64,000 nt of DNA from assembly GCA_004356805.1 (NCBI GenBank), contig SMXW01000045.1, positions 20,216 to 84,215 of the forward strand, in the 5' to 3' direction. The DNA comes from Acidobacteriota bacterium (GTDB lineage Bacteria; Actinomycetota; Acidimicrobiia; Spongiisociales; ZC4RG35). The position numbers and the translations under genes were made by a program. The notes under the pieces were generated by a model. It was not told the DNA's origin. It saw nothing but the letters and a program-made list of their open reading frames with translations, and searched no databases. This document shows positions 10,144 through 20,486 of this stretch, in pieces; within the stretch, counting starts at the first letter, position 1; every line of letters begins with the position of its first letter.

Positions 10144-11238
10144 CTAACTCCAGGGGGCGCCGAATTGACGAAAACCGATGGCGACGGTGGAGATGACCAG
10201 CCAGGTGAGTGCTGCCGGAATCAGACGCTTCCAGCCCAGGGTCATGAGCTGGTCATATCGCAGCCGTGGCAACGTGGCCCGGAGCCAGAAGAAGATAAAG
10301 ACAATCGCATATGTCTTGATGAGGAAGTAAATCGTGGGAAGAGAGCCGGAAATGAGCCCCGGGAGGGATCCCTCGAATGTAGGACCGGCCCACCCACCGA
10401 GGAACAACGTGGCAGCAATGGCCGACATCGAGAAGATATTGACGTACTCGGCCAGAAAAAACATGGCGAAGCGCATACCGGAATATTCGGTGTGGAACCC
10501 GCCCACGAGCTCTTGCTCTGCCTCGACGAGATCGAACGGCGCCCGGTTGGTTTCCGCGACTATGGCCACCAGGAAGATCACAAACGCCACGAACTGAGGA
10601 AAGAGATTCCAGCGGGGAACGAATGACAGAACGGGCGAGATGTCTCCCCAGGTTCCGGTCTGGCGCTCCACAATCTCGGCCATCGACAGTGTGCCTCCCT
10701 CGCCTTGGGTGGCAGTGAAGACCACAACGGCAACCATGGCAAGACCCATTGCCGCCTCATAGGAGATGGCCTGAGCCGTGGCACGCACGGCACCAAGCAA
10801 GGGGTATTTCGAGCCCGAAGACCATCCTGCAAGAACCACCCCGTAGACGGCCATCGACGACATCGCCAGGATGAACAGCAATCCGATGTTGAGGTCGGCT
10901 CCCTGAAGCGCCACCTCGTGGTCGCCGATCATGAAGGGCTTGCCCCACGGCACCATCATGAAGATCAAGAACGCGGGGATGATCGCAAGGAACGGAGCCA
11001 GCAGGTACATGCCCAGCTCGACCTTTCGCGGAATCACCGACTCCTTGAAGAACAGCTTGAGACCGTCTGCCACCGTCTGGAGGATCCCCCATGGTCCGGC
11101 GCGGCTGGGACCGATGCGACTCTGCATATCGGCGAGGATCTTCCTCTCCGCCCAAACGTTGATCACCGTGACGACAAGCAGAAGCACAAAGGTCACCACC
11201 ACCCTGAAAGCAATGATCCCAAACTCAGGCCAACTCAT
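10144..11238 (-). CDS. nuoH: NADH-quinone oxidoreductase subunit H
   Basis: ERK..MQSRIGP, ADGLKLFFKE, AETNRAPFDL, RLRYDQL. Confidence 0.95.
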   Translation of the reverse strand: MSWPEFGIIAFRVVVTFVLLLVVTVINVWAERKILADMQSRIGPSRAGPWGILQTVADGLKLFFKESVIPRKVELGMYLLAPFLAIIPAFLIFMMVPWGKPFMIGDHEVALQGADLNIGLLFILAMSSMAVYGVVLAGWSSGSKYPLLGAVRATAQAISYEAAMGLAMVAVVVFTATQGEGGTLSMAEIVERQTGTWGDISPVLSFVPRWNLFPQFVAFVIFLVAIVAETNRAPFDLVEAEQELVGGFHTEYSGMRFAMFFLAEYVNIFSMSAIAATLFLGGWAGPTFEGSLPGLISGSLPTIYFLIKTYAIVFIFFWLRATLPRLRYDQLMTLGWKRLIPAALTWLVISTVAIGFRQFGAPWS

Positions 11239-13661
11239 GAGGTCGTCACCCTGACCACCGGATCCGACCCTAGGGATGACGCACCCTGCTGGTTGAACGG
11301 GACGTAGACAACCCCGGTCGGAGTGCCCTCGTCGAGGACACAGGTGAATTCGCCCTCCCCGCGAGTCGTCACCACCTTGATGGTGTGTCCGTCCCGGGCG
11401 CCGATGCTCGGAGCGTCGCCCGGGTTGAGATGAGCAACAGCGCCCGGGCCGAGTTTGTGTAACGACGGAGAGTGCTGGAGTCGAACTCCGTTGTCGTACA
11501 TGACCCGCGCGACGTGCAGAGTCAACTTTGCCGTCGGAGCCTTGGACCCCTGAAGGGCCACCGGAATGTGGTTTATCGCCTGAGCGCCATGAATGGGGAC
11601 AACAATGCCATCACGGTGATCCCATTCGAGAGAGTCCCACGTCAGATCCTCATAGGCCGGAGAAACCGTGGCTATCTCTTTTGTGATCCCTTCCGCGGAA
11701 GCGAGACCGAGCGAGACCCCCATTCGGGTCGCGATGTCGTCGAGAATGGCCCAATCAGTGCGCGCTTGTCCCGGAGCAGGCCGAATCTGGTTGACCTTCT
11801 GCACCCGTCCTTCGACGTTGGTGACAGTTCCCTCTTTCTCCGAGAACCCCGATGCCGGGAGGATGACGTCTGCGTTCCGATTCGAATCGTTCAGAAACAG
11901 ATCGATGGCGATGACGTACTCGGCGGCGTCGAGAGCATCGACCGCTATGGACGGCTCAGGCAAGTCGTTGATCGGATCGGCGCCGACGAGCACCAGGCCT
12001 CTTACTTCTCCGGAGTCGAGTCCCTGGAGAATCTGACGTGTGTCTCTGCCTATGACGGCAGGAATGTCGCCCCAGGATGCTGCCAGGTTGGCGCATCCGA
12101 TCGTGTCGAGACCGACCCTTCCCGGCAACAGATCGGGGGCGAGGCCCATGTCAAGAGCGCCGTAGGTGTTGGCCCGACTGTTCAGTGGCATCAGCTTGGC
12201 GTGGACAGCCTTCCGCCGAACCAGGGCAGCGACCGACTCGGCTAGCTGCGGCCCGTCGGCATGACTTGCGATACCGACCAACGCCACCACCTTCTCGGCG
12301 GCAAACGCCTGGCTGACCTCGGGATGATCGCCATTCGCCAACTCGTCGAGTAGCTCGTACCCACCCCCGGGTCGGTAGGTGAGCTTGTGGCTGGCCCGGT
12401 CGTCGAGCCCTGTCGCCCTCGGATGGATGACCACCAGAGTGGCTCCCAACTCCTGTGCTGCACGTCGTACGCGCAGATACAGGGTGGGGTGCTCTTCCTT
12501 GAGGTCGGGTGCCCAGACGACGATGGTGTCGGCGTCATCGATGTCAGCGATTGTGGCGCGATCTACCGACGCAGAAAGGAAGTGAGACGCCAGCGCATCG
12601 TCCAGTCGGGCGTCGACATTGTTTGATCCCAGGGCCACCCGGGCGAATTTGGATATGGCGTATGCATCCTCGTTTGTCCCCTGCGCTCCACCGATGACGG
12701 CCAACGCCTCGCCCCCGTCTTCGCTCTTGATGAGGTCGAGACGGTTGGCGGCGGTGTCGATGGCCTCCGTCCAGCTGACTTCGACGAGCTCGCCACCCCT
12801 CCGAACCAGTGGCGAGGTCAAGCGCTGATCGGATCGCAGGTACTCGTACCCGAATCGAGCTTTGTCGGAGAGCCAACCGTGATTGGTGGCATCGTTGTCG
12901 ACGCCTGTGTAGCGAAGAATCTCGTTCTGGCTGGCGTGGATCTCAATCCGGGGGTGTGCGGTGTCCTGGAGAGACGAGCTCTCCACCTTCTGAAGATCCC
13001 ACGGCCGTGCCCTGAATCGATATGGCTTGGCGGTGAGGGCGCCGACCGGGCAGATCTGGACGGTGTTGCCCGAAAAGTAGGAGGAGAACGGCAGGTCCGG
13101 GAAAGTATTGACCTCGGTGGTGTTGCCTCGATGCTGGAACTCAATCAGCGGATCGCCGGAGATCTCCTCGGAGAAGCGTGTGCACAGGGCACAAAGGATG
13201 CAACGCTCCCGGTCGAGCAAAACGAGTTCGGAGATCGGGATTGGTTTCTCGAATGAGCGCTTGATCTCGACAAAGCGGCTCTCCCCTGGTCCGTAGGCAA
13301 GAGCCTGATCCTGCAACGGGCACTCGCCGCCCTTGTCGCACACGGGACAGTCCAGGGGATGATTGGCGAGAAGGAACTCGAGGATCGCCTCCTGAGCCTT
13401 CTTGACCTCTTCGCTCTCCGTGTCGACAACCATTCCGTCCGATACCGGACTGGTGCATGCCGTCACCATCATCGGTCCTCGGGGAGTCTCGATCTCAACA
13501 AGACACATACGGCACATCCCGACAGGGCTCATCCGCTGGTGCCAGCAGAACCGCGGGATGTAAGTGCCCTCGTCCTGAGCTGCCTTGATCAGGAGCTCGC
13601 CGGCGGGGACCTGGCTCTCCACACCGTTGATGGTGACGGTGACCAATTTCGCTTCGCTCAT
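11235..13661 (-). CDS. nuoG: NADH-quinone oxidoreductase subunit G
   Basis: IPRFC..GMCRMC, HPLDCPVCDKGGECPLQ, CILCALC; molybdopterin-oxidoreductase-like C-terminal domain. Confidence 0.95.
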   Translation of the reverse strand: MSEAKLVTVTINGVESQVPAGELLIKAAQDEGTYIPRFCWHQRMSPVGMCRMCLVEIETPRGPMMVTACTSPVSDGMVVDTESEEVKKAQEAILEFLLANHPLDCPVCDKGGECPLQDQALAYGPGESRFVEIKRSFEKPIPISELVLLDRERCILCALCTRFSEEISGDPLIEFQHRGNTTEVNTFPDLPFSSYFSGNTVQICPVGALTAKPYRFRARPWDLQKVESSSLQDTAHPRIEIHASQNEILRYTGVDNDATNHGWLSDKARFGYEYLRSDQRLTSPLVRRGGELVEVSWTEAIDTAANRLDLIKSEDGGEALAVIGGAQGTNEDAYAISKFARVALGSNNVDARLDDALASHFLSASVDRATIADIDDADTIVVWAPDLKEEHPTLYLRVRRAAQELGATLVVIHPRATGLDDRASHKLTYRPGGGYELLDELANGDHPEVSQAFAAEKVVALVGIASHADGPQLAESVAALVRRKAVHAKLMPLNSRANTYGALDMGLAPDLLPGRVGLDTIGCANLAASWGDIPAVIGRDTRQILQGLDSGEVRGLVLVGADPINDLPEPSIAVDALDAAEYVIAIDLFLNDSNRNADVILPASGFSEKEGTVTNVEGRVQKVNQIRPAPGQARTDWAILDDIATRMGVSLGLASAEGITKEIATVSPAYEDLTWDSLEWDHRDGIVVPIHGAQAINHIPVALQGSKAPTAKLTLHVARVMYDNGVRLQHSPSLHKLGPGAVAHLNPGDAPSIGARDGHTIKVVTTRGEGEFTCVLDEGTPTGVVYVPFNQQGASSLGSDPVVRVTTS

Positions 13662-15067
13662 TCAGCCACTTCTGGGGGGCGACCCCCAGACCCCCGCTCG
13701 CTGCTCGGCATGAGGTCCTTATCGCTGGGGCGGTCAACTTCGCTGGTTTTCTCGGACGTCTCTCGCGTTTGAGTCTTGTATGGACATCCTCCGTTGCTGA
13801 CATGGGAGTCGACCTCGTCACGGAAGTAGTCCCTGAGGGCGATGATCGGAGAAACCGCCGATGGGCCAAGCGGGCAAATCGTCGTCATCTTGGGCGGCCA
13901 GACGAGACCGATGCTGATGCCATCTGACACGTCAACAAGGAGATCGAGGTCGACCGCTCGACCTTGACCCTCCTCAATGCGACGCAGAATCATCTCCAGC
14001 CACGTCGTCCCCTCGCGACAGGGTGTGCACTGACCACATGATTCGTGTGCGAAGAACCGGATAACCCTTTCGGCAGCCTTGACCATGCAGGTGTCCTCAT
14101 CCATCACGATGACTGCTCCAGAGCCCAACATCGATCCCGCGGCAGCTGTCGCGTCCTTGGTGATCTCGAGGTCTAAGTGCTCCTCTGGGACGAACCAGGG
14201 GGCGGAGGCCCCGCCGGGAATCCATGCCTTCAGTCCCTTGCCGTCGGGAATGCCGCCCCCGACGTCATAGATCAACTCACGCCAGGTGATCCCGTGCGCC
14301 AGTTCGTAGTTCCCGGGACGGTTGACGTGCCCCGACAGCGAGGTCATGAAGGTCCCGGTGTCGGCGTTGCCGGTGAGTCCTGAGAACTCTCCCGCTCCCA
14401 TAGCCAGTATGTGAGGGAGGTTGGACACAGTCTCGACGTTGCTGACGATGGTGGGCATCATGTAGAGGCCCTTTGCCGCCGGGAAGTAGGGGGGCTTCAG
14501 CCTCGGCTCACCTCGTTTGCCTTCGAGAGAGTTGATCATGGCTGTCTCCTCGCCACAGATGTATGCCCCACCGCCGAGATGAACGGTTACCTCTAGGACG
14601 TAGTCGGAGCCGAAGATTCCTTTGCCGAGATAGCCCTTGGCATACGCCTCGTCGACCGCAGCTTGGACCCTGCGCGCAGGCTTGGAGTACTCGCCCCTTA
14701 TGTAGACAAAGGCGTGGTGAACCTCGTTGGCGATCGAGGTGATGATGATCCCCTCGATCATCTGGTGGGGGTCACGCTCCAGAAGCTGGCGGTCTTTGAA
14801 CGTCCCGGGCTCCGACTCATCGGCGTTGACGACGAGGTAGGAGGGTCGGGCCGGAGCCAGGAGGCTCCACTTGAGGCCGGCGGGGAATGCTGCACCCCCG
14901 CGGCCGAGCAAACCGGACATCTTGATCTCTTCGATGAGCTCGTCGCGAGTCAGTCCCAGGGCCCGCTTGCCCTGCGTATAACCCCTTGTGGACTCGTACC
15001 TGGCGATGGTGTGCGAGTCGCTCGGATGGTCGACCATCCGCCTTGTAACCAAAAGCGGTGTTGTCAA
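13658..15067 (-). CDS. nuoF: NADH-quinone oxidoreductase subunit F
   Basis: GRGGAAFPAG, NADESEPGTFKDR, YICGEET, ESCGQCTPCREG; TTG start overlapping the nuoE stop. Confidence 0.95.
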   Translation of the reverse strand: MTTPLLVTRRMVDHPSDSHTIARYESTRGYTQGKRALGLTRDELIEEIKMSGLLGRGGAAFPAGLKWSLLAPARPSYLVVNADESEPGTFKDRQLLERDPHQMIEGIIITSIANEVHHAFVYIRGEYSKPARRVQAAVDEAYAKGYLGKGIFGSDYVLEVTVHLGGGAYICGEETAMINSLEGKRGEPRLKPPYFPAAKGLYMMPTIVSNVETVSNLPHILAMGAGEFSGLTGNADTGTFMTSLSGHVNRPGNYELAHGITWRELIYDVGGGIPDGKGLKAWIPGGASAPWFVPEEHLDLEITKDATAAAGSMLGSGAVIVMDEDTCMVKAAERVIRFFAHESCGQCTPCREGTTWLEMILRRIEEGQGRAVDLDLLVDVSDGISIGLVWPPKMTTICPLGPSAVSPIIALRDYFRDEVDSHVSNGGCPYKTQTRETSEKTSEVDRPSDKDLMPSSERGSGGRPPEVAE

Positions 15068-15687
15068 TCCGCTGCCTCGCTGCCAACGGTGCCAAGGGGC
15101 TGGAAGGCCGGGTAGGGGCCAATGGCGCCACTTTTCTCGCTGATGCCCCAATCGAAGCTGGTTCTGCCGCCGAACAGCGCTTGCATCTCGTCGGAGTTCA
15201 CCACGTCAGGGCGTGCTTTCTTGAGCCACCGAACCAACTGCCGCGCTTTCTCCGGTGAGACACCCTCGATCAGTTCGTAGTTGATCTGAACGGCGGGGGC
15301 GCCTCCGCAGGCACCGATGCATTCGACGTGTTCGACCGAGAGAAGGCCGTCATCGTCGGTCTCCCCGTGTGGAACACCGGACTCGTCCTCGACGGCATGA
15401 AGAACATCGTCACCACCGAGCAGCATGCACGTGATCGACGTGCAGCAGGAAACCAGATACTGCCCGGTTCGCTCTCGTTTGTACATCGTGTAGAAGCTGG
15501 CCACCGATAGAACCTGAGCCGGTGTGATTTCACACCATCGGCCCACTTCCTCCATCCCGTCACCCGTCAGATAACCCTCTTCGGACATCGCCAAGTACAG
15601 CAGAGGCATGACAGCCGACCGTTTCTCCGGGTATCGGGCGATAATCTGGCGAGCCCGCTCCTGAGTGCCTTCGGACCAGCGACTCAT
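15064..15687 (-). CDS. nuoE: NADH-quinone oxidoreductase subunit E
   Basis: VASFYTMY, CTSITC and ECIGAC 2Fe-2S ligands. Confidence 0.95.
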   Translation of the reverse strand: MSRWSEGTQERARQIIARYPEKRSAVMPLLYLAMSEEGYLTGDGMEEVGRWCEITPAQVLSVASFYTMYKRERTGQYLVSCCTSITCMLLGGDDVLHAVEDESGVPHGETDDDGLLSVEHVECIGACGGAPAVQINYELIEGVSPEKARQLVRWLKKARPDVVNSDEMQALFGGRTSFDWGISEKSGAIGPYPAFQPLGTVGSEAAD

Positions 15688-17039
15688 CGGTCGACGTCCC
15701 CCATGACCGGATCGATCGAGGCGATGGTGGCGACGGTGTCCGCCATGAGACTGTCGGCCATAGCGATCGGTAGCGATTGGAGGTTGTAGAAGGAGGGTCC
15801 TCTGGTGTGCATGCGGTAGGGAATGGCCTCCCCATCGGAGACCAGGTAACAGCCCAACTCGCCGCGGGGTGACTCCACTGCAACATAAGTCTCTCCAGGT
15901 GGAACCTTGAAGCCCTCCGTGAAGAGTTTGAAGTGGTGGATCAGCGCCTCCATCGACTCATCTATCCGGGCTCGCGGTGGTGGCGTGATCTTTCGATCTC
16001 CAACTCTGAAATCACCCTTTGGCATGCCATCCATGACCTGTTCAACGATCTTCAGTGACTCCCACATCTCGTCAATTCGCACCCGATACCGGTCGTAAAC
16101 GTCACCGTTCTCGCCTATCGGCACATCGAACTCGTAGTTCTCGATGCCGGAGTAGGGAAATACCTTGCGGAGATCCCAATCGACCCCTGCCGCCCGAAGT
16201 GCCGGACCTGTGATGCTGAAGGCGATGGCCTCCTCGGACGAGATGACACCCACTCCCTTGGTTCGCGACAGCCAGATCGGATTCTCTTTGAGCAGGTCGT
16301 CGTACTGATCAAACCGCCGTGGAAAATCCTTCAGAATCCCGGCGACATCGTCCTTCCATCCCGGTGGCAGATCGGCGGCGACACCTCCGGGTCGGATGTA
16401 GTTGTGATTCATCCGAAGTCCGGTGGTCTTCTCGAAAAAGTCGAGGATGGACTCCCGCTCCCGGAACCCGTAGATGAATATCGACAGGGCGCCCATATCC
16501 AAGCCGTTGGTAGCCAGAGCAACGAGGTGCGACGAAACGCGATTGAGCTCGGTCATCAGTACCCGAATTGCTGCCGCCCTTGGCGGCACTTCTATGTCGA
16601 GAAGAGTCTCCACGGCAAGCGAAAAAGCGAGTTCCTCGTGAAAGGGGGCCAGATAGTCCATCCGAGTGACGTTGGTGGGACCCTGGCCAAAGGTGAGCTG
16701 CTCCGCAGTCTTCTCCATTCCCGTGTGGAGATATCCGATGATCAACTTCGTCCTACGAATGACCTCACCCTCGAGCTCGATCTGAAGTCGGAGCACGCCG
16801 TGCGTAGATGGGTGCTGCGGGCCCATGTTTATGATCATCCGCTCGTCGTCGGTCGCCTCGTCGTCGAACAGATAATCGTCGTCGACGACTCTGCCGAACT
16901 GGCTGTCGAGTCGGTCAGGCGTCTCGTCGGCAGAGATCTCTTGAGCACCTTCGTCAGTAGGCTGAATCTGCGGCTCCTCGGAACCGGCAACCCACACATC
17001 CACGATCTCGGTCGGCTCCTTCTTGGTTTCGTCTGTCAT
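15684..17039 (-). CDS. nuoD: NADH-quinone oxidoreductase subunit D
   Basis: NMGPQHPSTHGVLRL, GYLHTGMEK, ESPRGE, terminal GDVDR; start placed at MTDETKK. Confidence 0.95.
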   Translation of the reverse strand: MTDETKKEPTEIVDVWVAGSEEPQIQPTDEGAQEISADETPDRLDSQFGRVVDDDYLFDDEATDDERMIINMGPQHPSTHGVLRLQIELEGEVIRRTKLIIGYLHTGMEKTAEQLTFGQGPTNVTRMDYLAPFHEELAFSLAVETLLDIEVPPRAAAIRVLMTELNRVSSHLVALATNGLDMGALSIFIYGFRERESILDFFEKTTGLRMNHNYIRPGGVAADLPPGWKDDVAGILKDFPRRFDQYDDLLKENPIWLSRTKGVGVISSEEAIAFSITGPALRAAGVDWDLRKVFPYSGIENYEFDVPIGENGDVYDRYRVRIDEMWESLKIVEQVMDGMPKGDFRVGDRKITPPPRARIDESMEALIHHFKLFTEGFKVPPGETYVAVESPRGELGCYLVSDGEAIPYRMHTRGPSFYNLQSLPIAMADSLMADTVATIASIDPVMGDVDR

Positions 17040-17040
17040 C

Positions 17041-17514
17041 TCAGTCCACCTGATGGGAGTCTTTGAATTGGACGGGAACCGAGCCGACGCCGAAGTCCTT
17101 ACGGAGAGGATGCCCCTCCCAGTCATCGGGCATCAGGATTCGGGTGAGGTCGGGGTGACCAACGAAGATGATTCCGAACATGTCATACACCTCGCGTTCG
17201 GCGAATCCGGCTCCGGGCCACAGCGGGGTCAGCGAGGCAACGGTCGGCTCATCCCGGCCCATTGACGTGATAATCCGCAGCCGAACGCCGAGACTCATCG
17301 AGAGCAAATTGGCGATGACCTCGAAACGATCGGGCCGCTGCCGCATCCAGTCGACTGCCGTCACGTCGGCGCACACTTCGAAGCCATGGTCCTTGGCGGC
17401 CTCCCCGAACGCATACCAATCGTCTACCGGCACGCGAGCAACGTCCTGACCGTGAGACTTCTCCCAAATGACCTGCTCGAACTGACCTGAAAGCGTGTCG
17501 AGGACTGGAATCAT
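17041..17514 (-). CDS. nuoC: NADH-quinone oxidoreductase subunit C
   Basis: [34 protein letters not shown] overlap with the nuoB stop. Confidence 0.93.
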   Translation of the reverse strand: MIPVLDTLSGQFEQVIWEKSHGQDVARVPVDDWYAFGEAAKDHGFEVCADVTAVDWMRQRPDRFEVIANLLSMSLGVRLRIITSMGRDEPTVASLTPLWPGAGFAEREVYDMFGIIFVGHPDLTRILMPDDWEGHPLRKDFGVGSVPVQFKDSHQVD

Positions 17515-17978
17515 CGCTTGATCTCCCCGGCCATGATCTTGTCGTGAAGAGTGAGAATGCCGTGCATCAGGCTTTGCGGGCCCGGCGGGCATCCGGGAAC
17601 GTAGATATCGACAGGGACGATCTGGTCCACTCCCTGAACCAGGGCATAGTTGTTGAACATTCCACCGGTCGATGCACAAGCCCCCATGGATATGACCCAT
17701 TTGGGATCGGGCATCTGGTCGTAAACCTGCCGAAGAACCGGAGCCATCTTCTGGCTGACCCGGCCGGCGACGATCATCAGGTCTGCCTGTCTCGGTGAGG
17801 CTCTGAACACCTCCATGCCAAAGCGGGCCAGGTCGTGGTGGGCGGCACCCGTGGCCATCATCTCGATGGCGCAACACGCCAGACCAAAGGTGGCCGGCCA
17901 CATCGACCGGGTTCGAGACCAGTTGGCAGCCTTCTCCACCGTGGTCATGAGAAGGTTCCCCAGTGGGGTTGTCGCCAC
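17511..17978 (-). CDS. nuoB: NADH-quinone oxidoreductase subunit B
   Basis: [30 protein letters not shown] start overlapping the nuoA stop. Confidence 0.95.
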   Translation of the reverse strand: MATTPLGNLLMTTVEKAANWSRTRSMWPATFGLACCAIEMMATGAAHHDLARFGMEVFRASPRQADLMIVAGRVSQKMAPVLRQVYDQMPDPKWVISMGACASTGGMFNNYALVQGVDQIVPVDIYVPGCPPGPQSLMHGILTLHDKIMAGEIKR

Positions 17979-18385
17979 TAGGCAGCCTCGCTGGTCTCTT
18001 GCGAGACATAGCGGGCTCGACGCTTGACATTCCAGTCGAGGGCACCGCGCTTCCAGACGTACATCAGCGTCTCCATTACGAAAAACGTGAAGATGAGCAT
18101 CGCCGCCACGCCGTACCAACCCAGTGCGGTCCAGATGGACGCCCACGCAAAGAGGAAGATGATCTCCACATCGAAAATGACGAACAGCATTGCAACGAGA
18201 TAGAACTTCACGGGAAACCGCTGGATCGCTTCGACCTCAGGGACGATGCCGCACTCGTAAGGGTCGAGCTTTTCCGGAGTAGGGCGATCCGGACTCACCA
18301 TCTTCGACATGACGAGAGACACGAATACGAATAGGCCGGCCAACAGGAGCATTAGGCCGATGGGGAGATAGTCCGCCAAGGTCAC
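17978..18385 (-). CDS. nuoA: NADH-quinone oxidoreductase subunit A
   Basis: [30 protein letters not shown]. Confidence 0.95.
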   Translation of the reverse strand: MTLADYLPIGLMLLLAGLFVFVSLVMSKMVSPDRPTPEKLDPYECGIVPEVEAIQRFPVKFYLVAMLFVIFDVEIIFLFAWASIWTALGWYGVAAMLIFTFFVMETLMYVWKRGALDWNVKRRARYVSQETSEAA

Positions 18386-18411
18386 GATTCGGAGCTTAGA
18401 ACGGCCTCAAC

Positions 18412-18429
18412 TTGTGAAGTAATTCGCAG
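18412..18429. promoter_or_regulatory. Candidate Rex operator over the nuoA promoter
   Basis: TTGTGAA-GTAA-TTCGCAG matches TTGTGAA-N4-TTCACAA at 12 of 14 positions; sits at the expected -35 of a TAAGCT -10 (18393-18398, minus strand); rex is 3.3 kb away. Confidence 0.7.
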
Positions 18430-18465
18430 AGACGACCTCATCACCCGAGGAATTAGAGTCCCGTG

Positions 18466-19701
18466 ATGACCAGCCCATCACCAACACTCCCAATCGAGGA
18501 GGTCCGCTCCCGGTTTCCTGCTCTTCACCGACGCGAAGACGGACGGGAGGTCGCATATCTCGACGGGCCCGGCGGAACCCAGATGCCGCAGATCGTCATC
18601 GAAGCGATGACGTCGATTCTTGAAAACGGCATCAGCAACCTCGGTGGCGGATACGGCCCCTCAATCGCTGCGGACGAGATCACCGCATCCGGACGGAAGG
18701 CAATGGCCGACTTCCTCAATGCCGACCCCGACGAAATCGTTTTCGGCCAGAACATGACCAGCCTCACCTTCGCCCTGAGCCGTGCCTTAGCCGGCACTTG
18801 GAACGCGGGCGATGCCATCGTCGTGACCAGCCTTGATCACGATGCCAACTACACACCGTGGGTTCGAGCCGCCGGGGAGCATGGAGTAGAGGTCCGCCTG
18901 GCCGAGTTCGATTCGACCACAGGCGTGCTCGACCCTGAGACGATCATCGATCTGCTCGACGATCGAGTTCGACTTGTCGCAGTCTGTCTTGCATCCAACT
19001 CGCTGGGGACTCTGGTCGATATCGCTCCGATCAGCGCAGCCGCCCATGAAGCGGGCGCCGTGGTGTTTGTTGATGCCGTTCACGCCAGCCCGCACCGGTC
19101 AATTGATGTTGAGAGGCTTGGTTGCGACTTCATCGCCGTTTCGGGCTACAAGTTCTTCGGACCACATATCGGGGTTCTGTACGGGCGGATCGATCATCTG
19201 GCTGCGCTCGACGCCTACAAGGTTCGGCCGGCACCGTCGGATCCGCCGGGGAAGTGGGAGACCGGGACACAGAGCTTCGAGGCGATTGCCGCCGTCACGG
19301 CGGCTGTCGACTACATAGCCGGACTGGGCGGAAGTGGAGACACGAGACGAGCCTCCCTTCTGCGTGCCTACGAGAACATCTCGGTCTACGAAACAGGCCT
19401 TTCACGGCAATTCCTGGCGGGGATAGACGAACTCAGCAAAGTACGGCTCTACGGCGTGCCGGAAGCTGGTGATCGCCGGGTCTCCACATTTGCCATCGGC
19501 ATCGACGGATACCATCCGGACGATGCCGCCCAGCGACTGTTGGCCAATGGCCTCTATGTGTGGTCAGGCCACTACTACGCCGTGAACGCGATGGCCGAGT
19601 TGGGCGTTCTCGAAGAGGGAGGCTTGGTCCGCATTGGCTTTGTCCACTACAACACCAGTCAAGAGGTGGACCGGGTACTGGAGACCCTCGCAGAGTTGTA
19701 G
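18466..19701 (+). CDS. Cysteine desulfurase-like class V aminotransferase
   Basis: YLDGPGGTQ, DHDAN, DAVH, SGYKFFGPH (PLP Lys), ETGT; no catalytic Cys in the SGHYYA loop; ATG 6 nt after TAGAGT (track starts at GTG 18463). Confidence 0.85.
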   Translation: MTSPSPTLPIEEVRSRFPALHRREDGREVAYLDGPGGTQMPQIVIEAMTSILENGISNLGGGYGPSIAADEITASGRKAMADFLNADPDEIVFGQNMTSLTFALSRALAGTWNAGDAIVVTSLDHDANYTPWVRAAGEHGVEVRLAEFDSTTGVLDPETIIDLLDDRVRLVAVCLASNSLGTLVDIAPISAAAHEAGAVVFVDAVHASPHRSIDVERLGCDFIAVSGYKFFGPHIGVLYGRIDHLAALDAYKVRPAPSDPPGKWETGTQSFEAIAAVTAAVDYIAGLGGSGDTRRASLLRAYENISVYETGLSRQFLAGIDELSKVRLYGVPEAGDRRVSTFAIGIDGYHPDDAAQRLLANGLYVWSGHYYAVNAMAELGVLEEGGLVRIGFVHYNTSQEVDRVLETLAEL

Positions 19702-19711
19702 TCACTTAGCT

Positions 19712-19758
19712 TTCTGTGTCGGAAAACCCGGCCTGAAGCCGGGTTTTCCGACACAGAA
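19712..19758. terminator. Perfect 21-bp inverted repeat between convergent genes (bidirectional terminator or REP-like)
   Basis: TTCTGTGTCGGAAAACCCGGC-CTGAA-GCCGGGTTTTCCGACACAGAA. Confidence 0.75.
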
Positions 19759-19785
19759 GGGCGCGACTACCGGGAAGGCAACGGG

Positions 19786-20454
19786 TCAGTCGATCAGAGC
19801 GTCTGCCAGACCAGCGATGTCATCGACGACCAGCTCCGGCGGCTCACCGGGGAGACTCCACACCACATCTGACCGTTGCACGAAGGCCGACCGTGCTCCG
19901 GCTGCAACCGCCCCGGCACAGTCCCAATCGTGGGCGGCGACCAGCATCATGTCGGCGATCTCGACACCCATCACATCCGCGGCGTGCTGATAGGGCTCGG
20001 GCGCCGGCTTGAAGCGGCGCACCTCCTCCACCGAGATGACTCTCCGAAGAAACGTGCGTAACCCGGCGTTTTCCATCTGGTCGTTCGCCGCGCTGGTCGA
20101 GCCATTGGTCAGAGCAACCATCGCAAAGTCGGCGTCGAACAGTCGCTGCAGCGCGTCATGGACCTCAGGGTGAGGAGGAAGGCTCGTCATGGTCGACACG
20201 ATTGACCCGGCGTCCTCACCGCGCATGGCCAGACCTCGCTTCTTGGAGACGGTGAGCAGCGACTCGATCCCGATCTCGGCGAACGACCGATAGTCCCCAA
20301 CATGGTTGGCGACGAGCGAACCGTGAAGCATGCGGGAAAACCACTCACCGACGGGCGCATCGATCCCAAAGGCCTCTTCGAATCTGGCCTTGATGGGGGC
20401 GAGGCTCAGCAGGGTTTCGTTGACATCGAAGGCGAGGAGCGCGGGTCGACTCAT
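19786..20454 (-). CDS. Haloacid dehalogenase type II-like HAD hydrolase
   Basis: FDVNETLL motif I, LTNG, FKP, VAAHDWD. Confidence 0.88.
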   Translation of the reverse strand: MSRPALLAFDVNETLLSLAPIKARFEEAFGIDAPVGEWFSRMLHGSLVANHVGDYRSFAEIGIESLLTVSKKRGLAMRGEDAGSIVSTMTSLPPHPEVHDALQRLFDADFAMVALTNGSTSAANDQMENAGLRTFLRRVISVEEVRRFKPAPEPYQHAADVMGVEIADMMLVAAHDWDCAGAVAAGARSAFVQRSDVVWSLPGEPPELVVDDIAGLADALID

Positions 20455-20486
20455 GGACGGCCATGTTAAAGGTCAGAGGTCGTGCT

